Assembly: GCA_963803805.1 (NCBI GenBank)
Contig: CAWDOD010000011.1
Location: 704,001 to 768,000 of the forward strand
Source of the DNA: an uncultured cyanobacterium
Lineage (GTDB): Bacteria > Cyanobacteriota > Cyanobacteriia > Cyanobacteriales > CAWCAG01
DNA length: 64,000 nucleotides
Reading direction: 5' to 3'
Every line of letters starts with the position of its first letter. The first letter of the stretch is position 1. The notes beneath the pieces are model-generated. The model ran no database searches. It was not told the DNA's origin and saw only the letters and a program-made list of their open reading frames with translations. The position numbers and the translations under genes were made by a program. Positions 33,101-42,794 of this stretch are shown here, piece by piece.

Positions 33101-35015
33101 GACCCAAGGTGGAGATGTTAGCATTACCCACGATGGTGGTGCTGATAATGATCCTTTCAGCATTGGCGATGCCAGCACTAATGGCTTAGCAGGGGGCATT
33201 AATACAGGTACTAACACCCTTGACACTGGCTCTTTCCCTGTCCTTCCCAATGGTGGTGCTGCTTCCGGAACACCAACAGATATTACCATCACTTCCGTCA
33301 ACACTCCTCCCACCCTCGCTACAAACTCCTTAAGCGGGGCCCAACAAGACCAACCTTTCACCTTCACCTTTGCAGACTTAAACCCAGTTACGGGAGATGT
33401 TAATAGTGATAATCTTACCTCCATTACTATTATTTCTATTGATGCCGGTACACTGACAGTCAACGGCGTAACAGCAACAGCAGGAACGGTTATTTCTTCT
33501 GGGGATACTTTAGTTTACACACCCCCAGCAGGAACTACAGGCAGTGTAAATAGTTTTACCATCAGTGTTAGCGATGGTGTCTCTTCGACTCAGCAACCAG
33601 TAAGCATTAATGTAGCAACCATAGCCGTAGATGATCCTATTCCAGATGATCCTATTCCAGATGATATTCTTCCCGAAGAAACTCCTCTGCCAGAAGTTAA
33701 TTTTGACCAACCCGTTCCCCAATTGCAAATTGACCCCATCATTCAGCAATTGGAGAAGAAATTTACTGAGGATTTTGAAGATTATTTTGGTGAAGAAGAT
33801 GATAACGAAATTACTAGTTTAGATGAAGCTAAAGATATTTTACGCAGCATCAACAGAGAAACAGGAGTTAAACCAGCCCTTATTTACGCTGCCTTTTTCC
33901 CTGCTGAATTAGCTGCACCTTCAGAAACTGAGGAGGAAAAGCAACTAGATAAGTCTAATAACTTAAAATTTCCTTCCCAAGAAAACGATCAATTAGAACT
34001 TGTTCTCGTAACTGCTGAAGGAGAAATTCTCCGCAAACCGATGCGAGGTATAACTCGTGCCAAGGTACAACAAGTTGCTAAAACCTTTCGCCGCACCATT
34101 ACTAATCCTTCCCGTCCCAATGCTTACTTAGTCCCGTCCCAACAGCTATATCAATGGCTGCTTGCTCCCTTAGAAGAGGAGTTGCAGGCCCAAGGGATTA
34201 ATAACATCGCCTTCATCCTTGATGCGGGGATACGTACTATACCCCTTGCTGCCCTCCATGATGGACAGCAGTTTATCTTGGAAAAATATAGCCTAGGTTT
34301 AATGCCAAGTCTTTCCCTAACTGACACTCGCTATGTTGATGTGAAAAACATGGAAGTTTTAGCCATGGGAACCGAAACATTTTCTGATCTACCAGATTTA
34401 CCCGCCGTACCCATAGAATTAAATACAATTGCTAACAATTTATGGCCGGGTAAATCTTTGCTGGGGGACAAATTCACTCCAGGAAATCTCAAATCAGAAC
34501 GTGCTAATGTACCTTTCGGTATCATCCACCTCGCTACCCATGCTGAATTTAATGCTGGTAAACCCAATAATTCCTATATTCAATTTTGGGACCAGAAAAT
34601 CAGTTTAGATCAATTGCGTCAGCTAGGCTTAAATCAGCCTGCGGTAGAGTTGATGGTGTTGAGTGCTTGTCGTACTGCTGTGGGCAGTGTGGAATCAGAG
34701 TTAGGCTTTGCTGGGTTAGCTAACCAAGCCGGAGTTAAATCAGCCTTGGGAAGTTTATGGACAGTCAGCGATGAGGGGACTTTAGGCTTTATGACCACAC
34801 TATACGAGCAACTTAAGGTTGCTCCTATTAAAGCAGAAGCATTGCGCCAAGCACAACTGGCGATGATTAAAGGGGAAGTTAGGTTGCAAGACGGCAAGCT
34901 AATTACTCCAGAAATTGAAGTCTCTTTACCGCCCAATTTAGCTGCATTAGGGGATGAAGAGTTGAATCATCCTTATTATTGGAGTGCTTTTACTATGATA
35001 GGAAGTCCTTGGTGA
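30123..35015 (+). CDS. Fusion of GT2 glycosyltransferase, TPS (filamentous haemagglutinin N) domain, beta-helical stalk, cadherin-like domain and CHAT protease
   Basis: ISIVITTYNR, DDGSTD, WVDSDD, EDYDL; internal signal ending NAQA-Q; NLFHSFQDF, NILGRV, MNPAG; CHAT HLATHAEF, LSACRT, SLWTVSDE, HPYYWSAF. Confidence 0.9.
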   Translation: MRFKEKAMVVPISIVITTYNREKFLGFAIESILRQTWLDFELLIWDDGSTDNSLAVAQNYAQEDQRIRVIAAEHQGRILALKGAIAQTQGQYLAWVDSDDLLAPTALEETLVVLEANSDTGMVYTDYWDLHDNGKVLGYGQRTKVAYSPHQLLTNFMTFHFRLIRRTVFEEVGGIDSQSLYTEDYDLCLRLSEATEIKHLAKPLYYYRSNPESFSYQKRAEQIYASYGATLRALKRRGLSDRYEAVVKTKGFGCKMEAWLGLRPLKNLATRFLNLPIKFLKTNAGLSFFPTLVTTLCLIPTLNAQAQTINSASDGTGTIVNQTGNQFNIQGGSLSGNGGNLFHSFQDFGLSASQTANFLSQPGINNILGRVVGGNASVINGLIQITGSNANLFLMNPAGMVFGSNAQLNIPGSFTATTATGIGFEGGTFNSVGTSDYNSLVGNPNAFVFNSLQPGAIINAGDLAVTTGNNLSLIGGTVASTGTLQAQGGNITISAVPGSTRVRINQAGHILSLEIEPPTNAQGDPLPIVPLMLPELLTGSDVGDTGLEVNPQGEARLRNSDTTVGVGDVAANQLTAESATLTAASNLTLVESNLQTTGDLNLKAKDTVYARDSANAPLQIKAGGNLYIQGDKGIDILALQHTQTPFVSGGNLSLVSDGIISGDAHYLSGGNFSILNLQGDGGNFVSFYDPIISSTGDVTFGNYTGVSLKVETLGSINGGNIIINGADTPGAIPTSDPHFTVLTTGNGGLVLQAGKTSLDNTANTPQTTGGTTFNGSGTPTTGSINVGDIDVGFDGFTHYGGPVIIEATGNVQTGNISTFNNDDFVVGSDLRGDITITTTGNITTGAIDSSTNLNFPSNDQSFGGDINLIAGGQITTGDINSSAVTETFGGAEATGGNVTLTAGTTLTTGTINASALAQENDGGGPTLARGGNVILTGGSTPGSNIIFGGIDTTAIGILGLGSNQGFGGQVTVTASNGTVRGLLGGNTVATGGTTQGGDVSITHDGGADNDPFSIGDASTNGLAGGINTGTNTLDTGSFPVLPNGGAASGTPTDITITSVNTPPTLATNSLSGAQQDQPFTFTFADLNPVTGDVNSDNLTSITIISIDAGTLTVNGVTATAGTVISSGDTLVYTPPAGTTGSVNSFTISVSDGVSSTQQPVSINVATIAVDDPIPDDPIPDDILPEETPLPEVNFDQPVPQLQIDPIIQQLEKKFTEDFEDYFGEEDDNEITSLDEAKDILRSINRETGVKPALIYAAFFPAELAAPSETEEEKQLDKSNNLKFPSQENDQLELVLVTAEGEILRKPMRGITRAKVQQVAKTFRRTITNPSRPNAYLVPSQQLYQWLLAPLEEELQAQGINNIAFILDAGIRTIPLAALHDGQQFILEKYSLGLMPSLSLTDTRYVDVKNMEVLAMGTETFSDLPDLPAVPIELNTIANNLWPGKSLLGDKFTPGNLKSERANVPFGIIHLATHAEFNAGKPNNSYIQFWDQKISLDQLRQLGLNQPAVELMVLSACRTAVGSVESELGFAGLANQAGVKSALGSLWTVSDEGTLGFMTTLYEQLKVAPIKAEALRQAQLAMIKGEVRLQDGKLITPEIEVSLPPNLAALGDEELNHPYYWSAFTMIGSPW

Positions 35016-35056
35016 TTGAATAATACCAAAGCGCTATTTGGTAGCACAGGTTATTT

Positions 35057-35174
35057 GTAAGAGAGAACCAAGAAAAGACTTATCCAAAAGCGATAAGCTA
35101 ATGGCTAGTTGCTAGTTGCTAGTTGCTAAAATCTTATACTTGGTGAGGATATTTTATTTATTAGAGTTCTCTAA
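35057..35174 (-). mobile_element. 118-bp MITE-like element, copy 2 (inverted)
   Basis: Reverse complement of 29134-29251. Confidence 0.85.
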
Positions 35175-35262
35175 GAGTAGTGTTCTCCTTGACGTTACAA
35201 CGGATCAATCAACGGGAATATTAACCTTACAGAAGTTGTTAAAGCCCAAGGATAAGTCATAG

Positions 35263-38200
35263 ATGAATTTAGCAATAGATTTTATGAGCGGACTTGTGGG
35301 ATACCGTCTCGTTAAGGAATTATACAATAGCTCTAGAACTATTGTTTGTCGAGCCGTTCGCGTAGAAGATGAGTATCCTGTCGTCGTTAAACTGTTAAAG
35401 CGAGACTATCCTAGTTTTCCTGAACTGCTGCAATTCCGTAACCAATATACTATTACCAAAAATCTTGACCTACCTGGGGTTATTAAAACCTACGCTTTGG
35501 AGAATTGCCGCAACAGCTATGCCCTGATAACAGAGGATTTTGGCGGTATATCTCTCAAAGAGTATGCCCTAACCCATCCTCTACAAATAGGTGAATTTTT
35601 AGCGATCGCTCTACAACTGTCTGAAAGCCTCAATGGACTTTACCATCATCGTATCATTCACAAAGATATCAAGCCTGCCAATATTCTCATCAATGCCGAC
35701 ACCAAACAAGTAAAATTAATTGACTTTAGCATTGCTTCACTGCTACCCAAAGAAACCCAAGAAATCAGCAATCCTAATGTCCTCGAAGGAACCCTCGCTT
35801 ATATTTCCCCGGAACAAACGGGGCGAATGAATCGGGGTATCGATTACCGAACTGATTTTTATTCGGTTGGAGTTACTTTCTATGAACTACTAACTGGAAA
35901 GTTACCCTTTGTCTCCAATGAGGTAATGGAGTTGGTGCATTGTCATTTGGCTAAACAACCTCCGGCATTAGGGGGACGGGGAGAGATTCCCCAGGTGTTG
36001 TCAGACCTTGTGATGAAGTTGATGGCGAAGAATGCTGAAGAGCGCTATCAGAGTGCTTTGGGGTTGAAGTCTGATTTAGAGAATTGTTTATCTCAATGGC
36101 AGAAACAAGGGAAGATTGCGACGTTTACATTGGGAGAAAGGGATATATGCGATCGCTTCATCATCCCCGAAAAACTCTACGGCAGGGAAGCAGAAGTTGC
36201 TCAGTTATTAGAAGCCTTTGAGAGAGTTAGCAATCTGATATCAGATACCAAATATCAGAAATCAGTTCAATCTGTTTGTCCGCGAAGTGAATTAATGCTG
36301 GTTGCTGGATTTTCTGGCATTGGCAAAACAGCAGTGATTAATGAAGTTCATAAACCCATCACCAAAAAACGAGGCTATTTCATTAAAGGCAAGTTTGATC
36401 AATTTAATCGCAACATTCCTTTTTCGGCTTTTGTCCAAGCTTTTCGTAGTTTAATGGGACAATTGCTAGGGGAATCTGATCTCGAACTCGCCAATTGGCA
36501 AAGGCAAATCCTCAAAGCAGTAGGAGAAAACGGACAAGTTATTATTGATGTGATTCCTGAGTTGGAACGTATCATTGGACAACAACCCAGGGTTCCTGAA
36601 CTGTCAGGCATTGCAGCACAAAATCGCTTTAACCTGCTGTTTGGGCAATTTGTGAATGTATTCACAACCAAAGAACATCCCCTCGTAATTTTCCTTGATG
36701 ACTTGCAGTGGGCAGATTCAGCCTCTTTGAACCTGCTGAAATTGCTCATGGACGAGTCAGAAGCAGGCTATCTACTGGTGTTAGGAGCCTATCGTGATAA
36801 CGAAGTTTTTCCTACCCATCCGTTGATGCTGACTCTAGATGAACTTCAACAACAGGGTAGAAAGATTAATACCCTGACCCTAGCCCCCTTAAACGAAGTG
36901 AATATTACTCGTTTGGTTGCTGATACGTTGCTATGTAAAACGGAAATCGCTGCGCCATTATCCCAACTAGTCTATCAAAAGACCCAGGGGAACCCATTCT
37001 TTACAACCCAATTTTTGCAAGGGTTACATGAGGATGGCTGTATCACCTTTGCTCCTGATTTGGGTTACTGGCAGTGCAACTTGACCAAGGTGCGGCAGTT
37101 GGCACTAACGGATGATGTGGTAGCGTTTATGGTGGGACGGTTGCGAAAGCTGCCGGCGATCACCCAGGAAGTCTTGAAACTGGCGGCTTGTATTGGTAAC
37201 TGTTTTGACTTGCCAACCTTAGGGATGGTGTGCGATCGCAACCAAGAAGAAGTAGCAACAAATTTATGGAAAGGATTACAAGAGGGCTTTGTAATCCCAG
37301 AAAGCGAAACTTATAAGTTTTTTCAAGGAGAACAGAATCAAAATCAGACTATTGAAGACATTACCGTTGGCTATCGTTTTTTACATGATCGCGTCCAACA
37401 AGCAGCTTACTCCCTGATTCCCAAAACCGAGCGGGGAATTGCCCATTATCAAATTGGACAACTGCTACTGCAAAAGATACCTCCAGAAGCACGAGAAGAG
37501 CGTATTTTTGAACTCATCAATCAACTCAACCATGGTACAAACCTAATCACCGAGCAAAAAGAACGAGACGATTTGGCTCAACTAAATCTTACCGCTTGCC
37601 GTAAAGCCAGGGCAGCCACAGCCTATCAAGCCGCTTATGATTATGCCACCATCGGCATCACTTTGCTCAGAGAAAAGCCTTGGCAACGACAGTATGGGAT
37701 GACCTTAACCCTCCATGAATTAGCCGCAGAAATCGCCTCCCTAACCGGAGAATTTGAGGAGATGGAAGCTTGGATTGAAGCGGTAGTCCATCATAGCAAA
37801 ACCTCACTGGACAGAATACAAACCTATCAAGTTAAAATTCAAGCCCTCACCTCTCGTAATGAATTTGTTGAAGCGATTGCCACCGGGAAATTTGTCCTGG
37901 AACTATTGGGGGCCACTTTGCCCGATACTCCTACCCTGGAGGATGTACAACAAGCAAGGCAAGAAATTACGGACTTAATTGGCGATCGCTCAGTAGCCGA
38001 ATTTGTCCATCTGCCCCAGATGAAAGAGCCAGAAAAGCTAGCCATTCTACAAATTTCTACGAGCCTCATCCCCGCTTGTTATATGACGGGTTCCATGCTC
38101 TATTTGTTAATTGTACCCCTTCAGGTCAAATTATCAATCCAATTTGGCAACAGTTTATTTTCTCCCTATAGCTATGCCAGCTACGCCTTTCAACTCAGTA

Positions 38201-40674
38201 CCACCTGGCAAGATATGGCCATTGCCCAACGATTTGGGCAATTGGCCTATCACCTTGCTTCAGAACCAGAGGCGAAAAATATTCGTGCTGCCACTTTTAT
38301 CGTTTTGGGGGGCTATTTTTATCACTGCACTAGCCATCTCAGAAAGACATTGCCGATCCTGATTGAAGGCATTCAAGCAGGCTTAGAAACTGGCAACTTA
38401 GAATTCTTTGGCTACAACGTTCAAAACTTTGGTGTCAACGCTTTCTGGAGTTGTCAATCTTTAGCAGACTATGAAACCCAGATTCATAGCTACCATCAGC
38501 AATTGCTCAGCCTCAACCAAGTAACCACCTCCAATCATTGTTTCATTTACTGGCAATCGGCCCTAACCCTATTAGGCAACTCAGAAGGAGAAATCATCTT
38601 ACGCCAAGATATCTATGAAGAAAAAATTATAACTGAAGCCCTTGCTGCGAATGATACGTGGCGATTATTTCAATTTTATTTTTACCGCTTAGCCACCGGA
38701 TTTATTTTAGACCAATTGCCCGAAGTGCAACAAGATGCCAATCGCGCCCGACAGTACTTAAGTGGATGTGTCGGCAGTGCGGCTGAGCCAATTTTCTACT
38801 TTTACGACTCATTAATCGCTCTTACCGAATTGGAGGAAACCTCTTTAAACTCAGAGACGCAATGGCAGCGGCTGCAAGACAATCAAGAGATTTTGCACAA
38901 ATGGGCAAGCCATGCTCCCATGAATTACTTACACAAATGGCAACTTGTGGAAGCAGAACGGCAACGGGTATTAGGGGGAATTCCAGAAGCAATAGAATAT
39001 TACGAACAAGCCATTATGGGAGCTAAAGAAAACGAATACATCCAAGAAGAAGCCTTAGCCAACGAACTTGCTGCTAAATTCTACCTCAATTGGGGTAAAG
39101 AAAAAGTAGCGAGCGGTTATATGCAAGAAGCTTACTATTGCTATGCTCATTGGGGAGCTAAAGCTAAAGTTTCTAATCTCGAAAGCAACTATTCTCAACT
39201 ACTAGCTCCAATTCTTAATCAGCCCCAGTCTGTCTCTAGCAGCGAAGAAAGCATTCTCGAATCTACTAGCAATTATGAAAAATCCTCTTCTACCATCTCC
39301 TTAGCCTTAGATTTCGCTGCTCTCCTCAAAGCTTCTCAGAGCCTTTCTAAGGAGATTGAACTTGATAAGTTGCTTGCTGCCTTACTGAAACTTATCATTG
39401 AAAATGCTGGAGCCAATAAATGTGTCCTCATGCTCAATAAAGCCGGGCAGTTGCAAGTAGAAGCGGTTATGGTACTAGGACAATCACCCCATGTCATGAA
39501 ATTAGTTCCTGTTGAAGCCAGCCGAAATATTGCCCGTAACCTAATCAACACTGTGAAGCGAACGTTAAAATCTACTGTGATTATGGATGCTACGGTGCAT
39601 CCTTCCTTAAGCAACGACTCTTACGTTCAACAACATCAACCCAAAAGTTTGTTATGTACTCCCCTGCTTTACCAGGGCAAGTTGTTAGGTATAGTTTACT
39701 TGGAAAATAACCTAGTTGTAGGAGCCTTCACCGCTAACCGAGTAGAGGTTGTTAACTTGCTTTGTACCCAGGCAGCTATTTCCATTGAGAATGCCCAACT
39801 CTATCAACAACTAGAAGCATATTCCCATACCTTAGAAGAAAAAGTAGAAGCTAGAACTAAACAACTTAAAGTAGCTCAACGACAAATCATTTCTCAAGAA
39901 AAACTCGCTTCATTAGGAGCTTTAACCGCAGGTGTGGCACACGAACTACGCAACCCCCTCAACTTTGTCAATAACTATGCTGAAGGTTCTGCTGAGTTGA
40001 GTGTAGACTTACTAGAAGCCATTGAAGAACAATCAGCAGTTATCAACCCAGAAGATTTGGAGTATCTTAAGGAGATTGTCGTTGATCTTAAAGATAATGC
40101 TGCTGCTATTCAACAACATGGCCGAAGAGCTGCCAGTATTATCCTCAACATGATGCAACACAGTCGTAGCGATGATAGTGTTTATCAAAAAACTAACCTT
40201 AATAAACTTCTAGAAGAAGCTAGGCAGTTAGCTTACCACAGTAAAAGAAGTATTGATAATCACTTCAATATAACTTTTGCTACCCACTACGACGAGTCCA
40301 TTGGAGAAGTTGAAGTATTTTCTTCTTCTTTGAACCGTGCTTTCATTAACCTGATCGATAATGCTTGTTATGCTGCTTGGATGAAGTATCAAGAGCAAGG
40401 AGAACCCTTTATTCCTAAGTTGTCCCTAACAACGAGGAAATTAACAGAACAGGTAGAAATCCGCATCCGCGACAATGGTATAGGAATTTCCCAGGAAATA
40501 GTAGAAAAAATTTTCAATCCTTTCTTTACCACTAAACCTACCGGAGAGGGAACGGGATTAGGATTATCCCTAACCCATGAAATAATTGTTGGACAGCATA
40601 GGGGAAGTTTGCAAGTAGAAACAGAACTAAGCAGTTTTACAGAGTTTATTCTTACCCTACCTGCCGGAAAGTAA
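35263..40674 (+). CDS. Ser/Thr kinase-STAND/AAA NTPase-GAF-histidine kinase (HstK type)
   Basis: HKDIKPAN, YISPEQ, GFSGIGKT, FLDDLQWAD, GAF YLEN, AHELRNP, DNGIG, GTGLGL. Confidence 0.93.
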   Translation: MNLAIDFMSGLVGYRLVKELYNSSRTIVCRAVRVEDEYPVVVKLLKRDYPSFPELLQFRNQYTITKNLDLPGVIKTYALENCRNSYALITEDFGGISLKEYALTHPLQIGEFLAIALQLSESLNGLYHHRIIHKDIKPANILINADTKQVKLIDFSIASLLPKETQEISNPNVLEGTLAYISPEQTGRMNRGIDYRTDFYSVGVTFYELLTGKLPFVSNEVMELVHCHLAKQPPALGGRGEIPQVLSDLVMKLMAKNAEERYQSALGLKSDLENCLSQWQKQGKIATFTLGERDICDRFIIPEKLYGREAEVAQLLEAFERVSNLISDTKYQKSVQSVCPRSELMLVAGFSGIGKTAVINEVHKPITKKRGYFIKGKFDQFNRNIPFSAFVQAFRSLMGQLLGESDLELANWQRQILKAVGENGQVIIDVIPELERIIGQQPRVPELSGIAAQNRFNLLFGQFVNVFTTKEHPLVIFLDDLQWADSASLNLLKLLMDESEAGYLLVLGAYRDNEVFPTHPLMLTLDELQQQGRKINTLTLAPLNEVNITRLVADTLLCKTEIAAPLSQLVYQKTQGNPFFTTQFLQGLHEDGCITFAPDLGYWQCNLTKVRQLALTDDVVAFMVGRLRKLPAITQEVLKLAACIGNCFDLPTLGMVCDRNQEEVATNLWKGLQEGFVIPESETYKFFQGEQNQNQTIEDITVGYRFLHDRVQQAAYSLIPKTERGIAHYQIGQLLLQKIPPEAREERIFELINQLNHGTNLITEQKERDDLAQLNLTACRKARAATAYQAAYDYATIGITLLREKPWQRQYGMTLTLHELAAEIASLTGEFEEMEAWIEAVVHHSKTSLDRIQTYQVKIQALTSRNEFVEAIATGKFVLELLGATLPDTPTLEDVQQARQEITDLIGDRSVAEFVHLPQMKEPEKLAILQISTSLIPACYMTGSMLYLLIVPLQVKLSIQFGNSLFSPYSYASYAFQLSTTWQDMAIAQRFGQLAYHLASEPEAKNIRAATFIVLGGYFYHCTSHLRKTLPILIEGIQAGLETGNLEFFGYNVQNFGVNAFWSCQSLADYETQIHSYHQQLLSLNQVTTSNHCFIYWQSALTLLGNSEGEIILRQDIYEEKIITEALAANDTWRLFQFYFYRLATGFILDQLPEVQQDANRARQYLSGCVGSAAEPIFYFYDSLIALTELEETSLNSETQWQRLQDNQEILHKWASHAPMNYLHKWQLVEAERQRVLGGIPEAIEYYEQAIMGAKENEYIQEEALANELAAKFYLNWGKEKVASGYMQEAYYCYAHWGAKAKVSNLESNYSQLLAPILNQPQSVSSSEESILESTSNYEKSSSTISLALDFAALLKASQSLSKEIELDKLLAALLKLIIENAGANKCVLMLNKAGQLQVEAVMVLGQSPHVMKLVPVEASRNIARNLINTVKRTLKSTVIMDATVHPSLSNDSYVQQHQPKSLLCTPLLYQGKLLGIVYLENNLVVGAFTANRVEVVNLLCTQAAISIENAQLYQQLEAYSHTLEEKVEARTKQLKVAQRQIISQEKLASLGALTAGVAHELRNPLNFVNNYAEGSAELSVDLLEAIEEQSAVINPEDLEYLKEIVVDLKDNAAAIQQHGRRAASIILNMMQHSRSDDSVYQKTNLNKLLEEARQLAYHSKRSIDNHFNITFATHYDESIGEVEVFSSSLNRAFINLIDNACYAAWMKYQEQGEPFIPKLSLTTRKLTEQVEIRIRDNGIGISQEIVEKIFNPFFTTKPTGEGTGLGLSLTHEIIVGQHRGSLQVETELSSFTEFILTLPAGK

Positions 40675-40731
40675 TGGGAGCAAGGAGCAGAAAAGAGTTA
40701 CAGCTTATTACTCATATACCCTAATCATTGA

Positions 40732-41325
40732 TTAAGAGCTATAGCGCTCTTCTGCCCAAGGTTCTCCCCTGGTGTGGTAGCCGTTGCGTTCCCAGAAGCC
40801 TAATTCTTCTTCTTTAAGGAATTCTAAGCCATTAATCCATTTAGCGCTTTTCCAGGCGTAAATGTGGGGGATGACAGTCCGCATGGGGCCACCATGTTCT
40901 GGGGGTAAAGGTTCACCAAACAGGGTATGAGCAAAGAAATTATCCTCTCGGATAAAATCATCAATAGCCACATTAGTGGTATAACCACCGTAACAATGTT
41001 CCAGGACATGGTTAACTTGAGGGTCAAGATCCAATAATTCCATGAAATCTGTAATCTTAATTCCAGTCCATTGCACATCTAACTTTGACCAACGAGTGAC
41101 GCAATGAAAGTCTTTGGTAAAGTTGTGTTGTGGCAAACTCAGCATATCTGACCAACTAAAGGTTTTTGGTTCTACTAAACCCCAAACTTTAAGTTCCCAT
41201 GTAGACTGATCAACTTTAGGAGTTGCCCCATAGGTGAGAACCGGAAAGCCATTGGTAAGATATTGCCCAGGAGGAGTGCGATCGCTGTTTTCTGGATCTG
41301 GTTTATTAAAAAATTTCCCTAACAT
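40732..41325 (-). CDS. Sulfite oxidase-like molybdopterin oxidoreductase
   Basis: PPGQ, DFHCVTRWS, HGGP, KSAKW, GFWERNGYH. Confidence 0.9.
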   Translation of the reverse strand: MLGKFFNKPDPENSDRTPPGQYLTNGFPVLTYGATPKVDQSTWELKVWGLVEPKTFSWSDMLSLPQHNFTKDFHCVTRWSKLDVQWTGIKITDFMELLDLDPQVNHVLEHCYGGYTTNVAIDDFIREDNFFAHTLFGEPLPPEHGGPMRTVIPHIYAWKSAKWINGLEFLKEEELGFWERNGYHTRGEPWAEERYSS

Positions 41326-41445
41326 AGTTGTTTGAATAATTGCTAATTGCTAATTGCTAGTTATTAATTGGGTGACAAGGTGACTAATCTTCAATATCAC
41401 CTTATCTTCCCCTTTTGACTTTTGACTTTTAACTTTTGACTTAAT

Positions 41446-41622
41446 TTAATCTTCGTCGTCTTCTTCCTCAGCTTCAGGATAAACAAAGCTATTAGAACGC
41501 CCTGTAAGTATAGATTTCCCTAAAGAGAGAGCTTTTTGTGCTTCGAGTTCTGCTTTACGCTTCCAGTGACTTCTACGTTTATTACGTTTAGATTTGGATG
41601 TTTTCTTCTTTGGTACTGCCAT
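41446..41622 (-). CDS. rpmF: 50S ribosomal protein L32, 58 aa (missed by the ORF track)
   Basis: Hand translation [24 protein letters not shown]...[28 protein letters not shown]. Confidence 0.97.
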   Translation of the reverse strand: MAVPKKKTSKSKRNKRRSHWKRKAELEAQKALSLGKSILTGRSNSFVYPEAEEEDDED

Positions 41623-41692
41623 GGTTATAAGTAATTAAGTTCAGGATAACCTTTATATTTTAAGAGATTGAGAGTCGATTATTTTGTCTTGA

Positions 41693-42579
41693 TTATGGAT
41701 TAGTAGTTTCTGGTTGCTCATCCCTGTCATCTTCATCTAGTTCTATACCAGCATTCGTGCCATCATTTTCTGTTCCTTGATCAGTAGGAGAACGATCCCT
41801 GTTTTCGGCATCACTTTCTGAAGTGTTTGTGGGAGTAGAACCAGATTCATCTTCATCTAGTTCTATACCAGCATTCGTGCCATCATTTTCTGTCCCTTGA
41901 TCAGTAGGAGAAAGATCCCTGTTTTCGGCATCACTTTCTGAAGTATTTGTGGGAGTGGAACCAGATTCATCGTCTGAAGTTGGTGTTGTTACTGGTGGCT
42001 CAACTGAGCGCCTAGGAACCCCGTTAGAAGGCGGCCTAAAGTTTCTCCTGTGGGAGGTACACCTTGAGGTACTGGCAAATTACCACCATTACGGGGGGCG
42101 GGGGTTGGGGCAGATCCTCCTGTTGTATCTTCTGTATCAATAGCAGTTTCAAAGTTGAGTAATGCCTCAGCGTTGGGCATATAACTAACCCAGAATTGAG
42201 CATCTGGTTGCTTGTTCCATTCTTGGCGAGTTACTTCTACCATCATTATTGGTGCGATCGCTCCTTTGTTTTCCCCAGAAATAGTTACTTTAACTTCGGT
42301 AATTAAAATATCTTTATCAAAGCTACGTTGCACCGCAGCCCTAGCAACAGCTAATCCCCTGGCTAACATGGTCTGATAAGTTTCCCCCGGTTGACGGTTA
42401 AGATTAACATCAACACGGGCTACATAAGCTTGGGCAACTTGAGGAGTTATGGTTTCTAAACTTAACCAACTTATACCCGTCATACCAACGATGGTAGCTG
42501 CTCCTAGGGCAGGAAAACTTCTTGATTTTGAGGTAAACTGACTAAACGCTTTGGTATTATTTACTTTTACTTTTGACAT
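41693..42579 (-). CDS. Exported hypothetical protein with an acidic repeat tail; apparent frameshift near 42040
   Basis: The ORF track ends at 41989, but another frame continues FRPPSNGVPRRSVEPPVTTPT... to TAA at 41693. Confidence 0.65.
41728..41971. repeat. Tandem direct repeat, 2 x 120 bp
   Basis: 41728-41847 and 41848-41967 are nearly identical; they encode a 40-aa D/E/S/T-rich unit on the minus strand. Confidence 0.9.
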
Positions 42580-42794
42580 TATCTATTAACTCTAGTGATT
42601 TTCTTAGGGGACTTACAATAGTTAGTGAACTAAAATCGTTCACCGGAACTATTGACAGTTCTAAAAGCAGTACTAATTATTAATTATTTTTCTTTTTAAG
42701 TTAATTTTTCTACTACTTAAGGGCTGATAATCGTTTTTGGCTCCAAGCAATTTCTGAAAATTAGCTGCTTATAAACCATTGAGGCAGACAGTAG

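Noticed and set aside
32394-34936. Numerous antisense or alternative-frame ORFs (also 47999-49702, 9330-9929 and others)
   Set aside because: Shadow ORFs of long genes with biased codon use; no motifs or ribosome-binding sites
41728-41971. Direct repeats as a possible CRISPR array
   Set aside because: Two contiguous 120-bp units with no unique spacers; they translate as an in-frame protein repeat; no cas genes nearby
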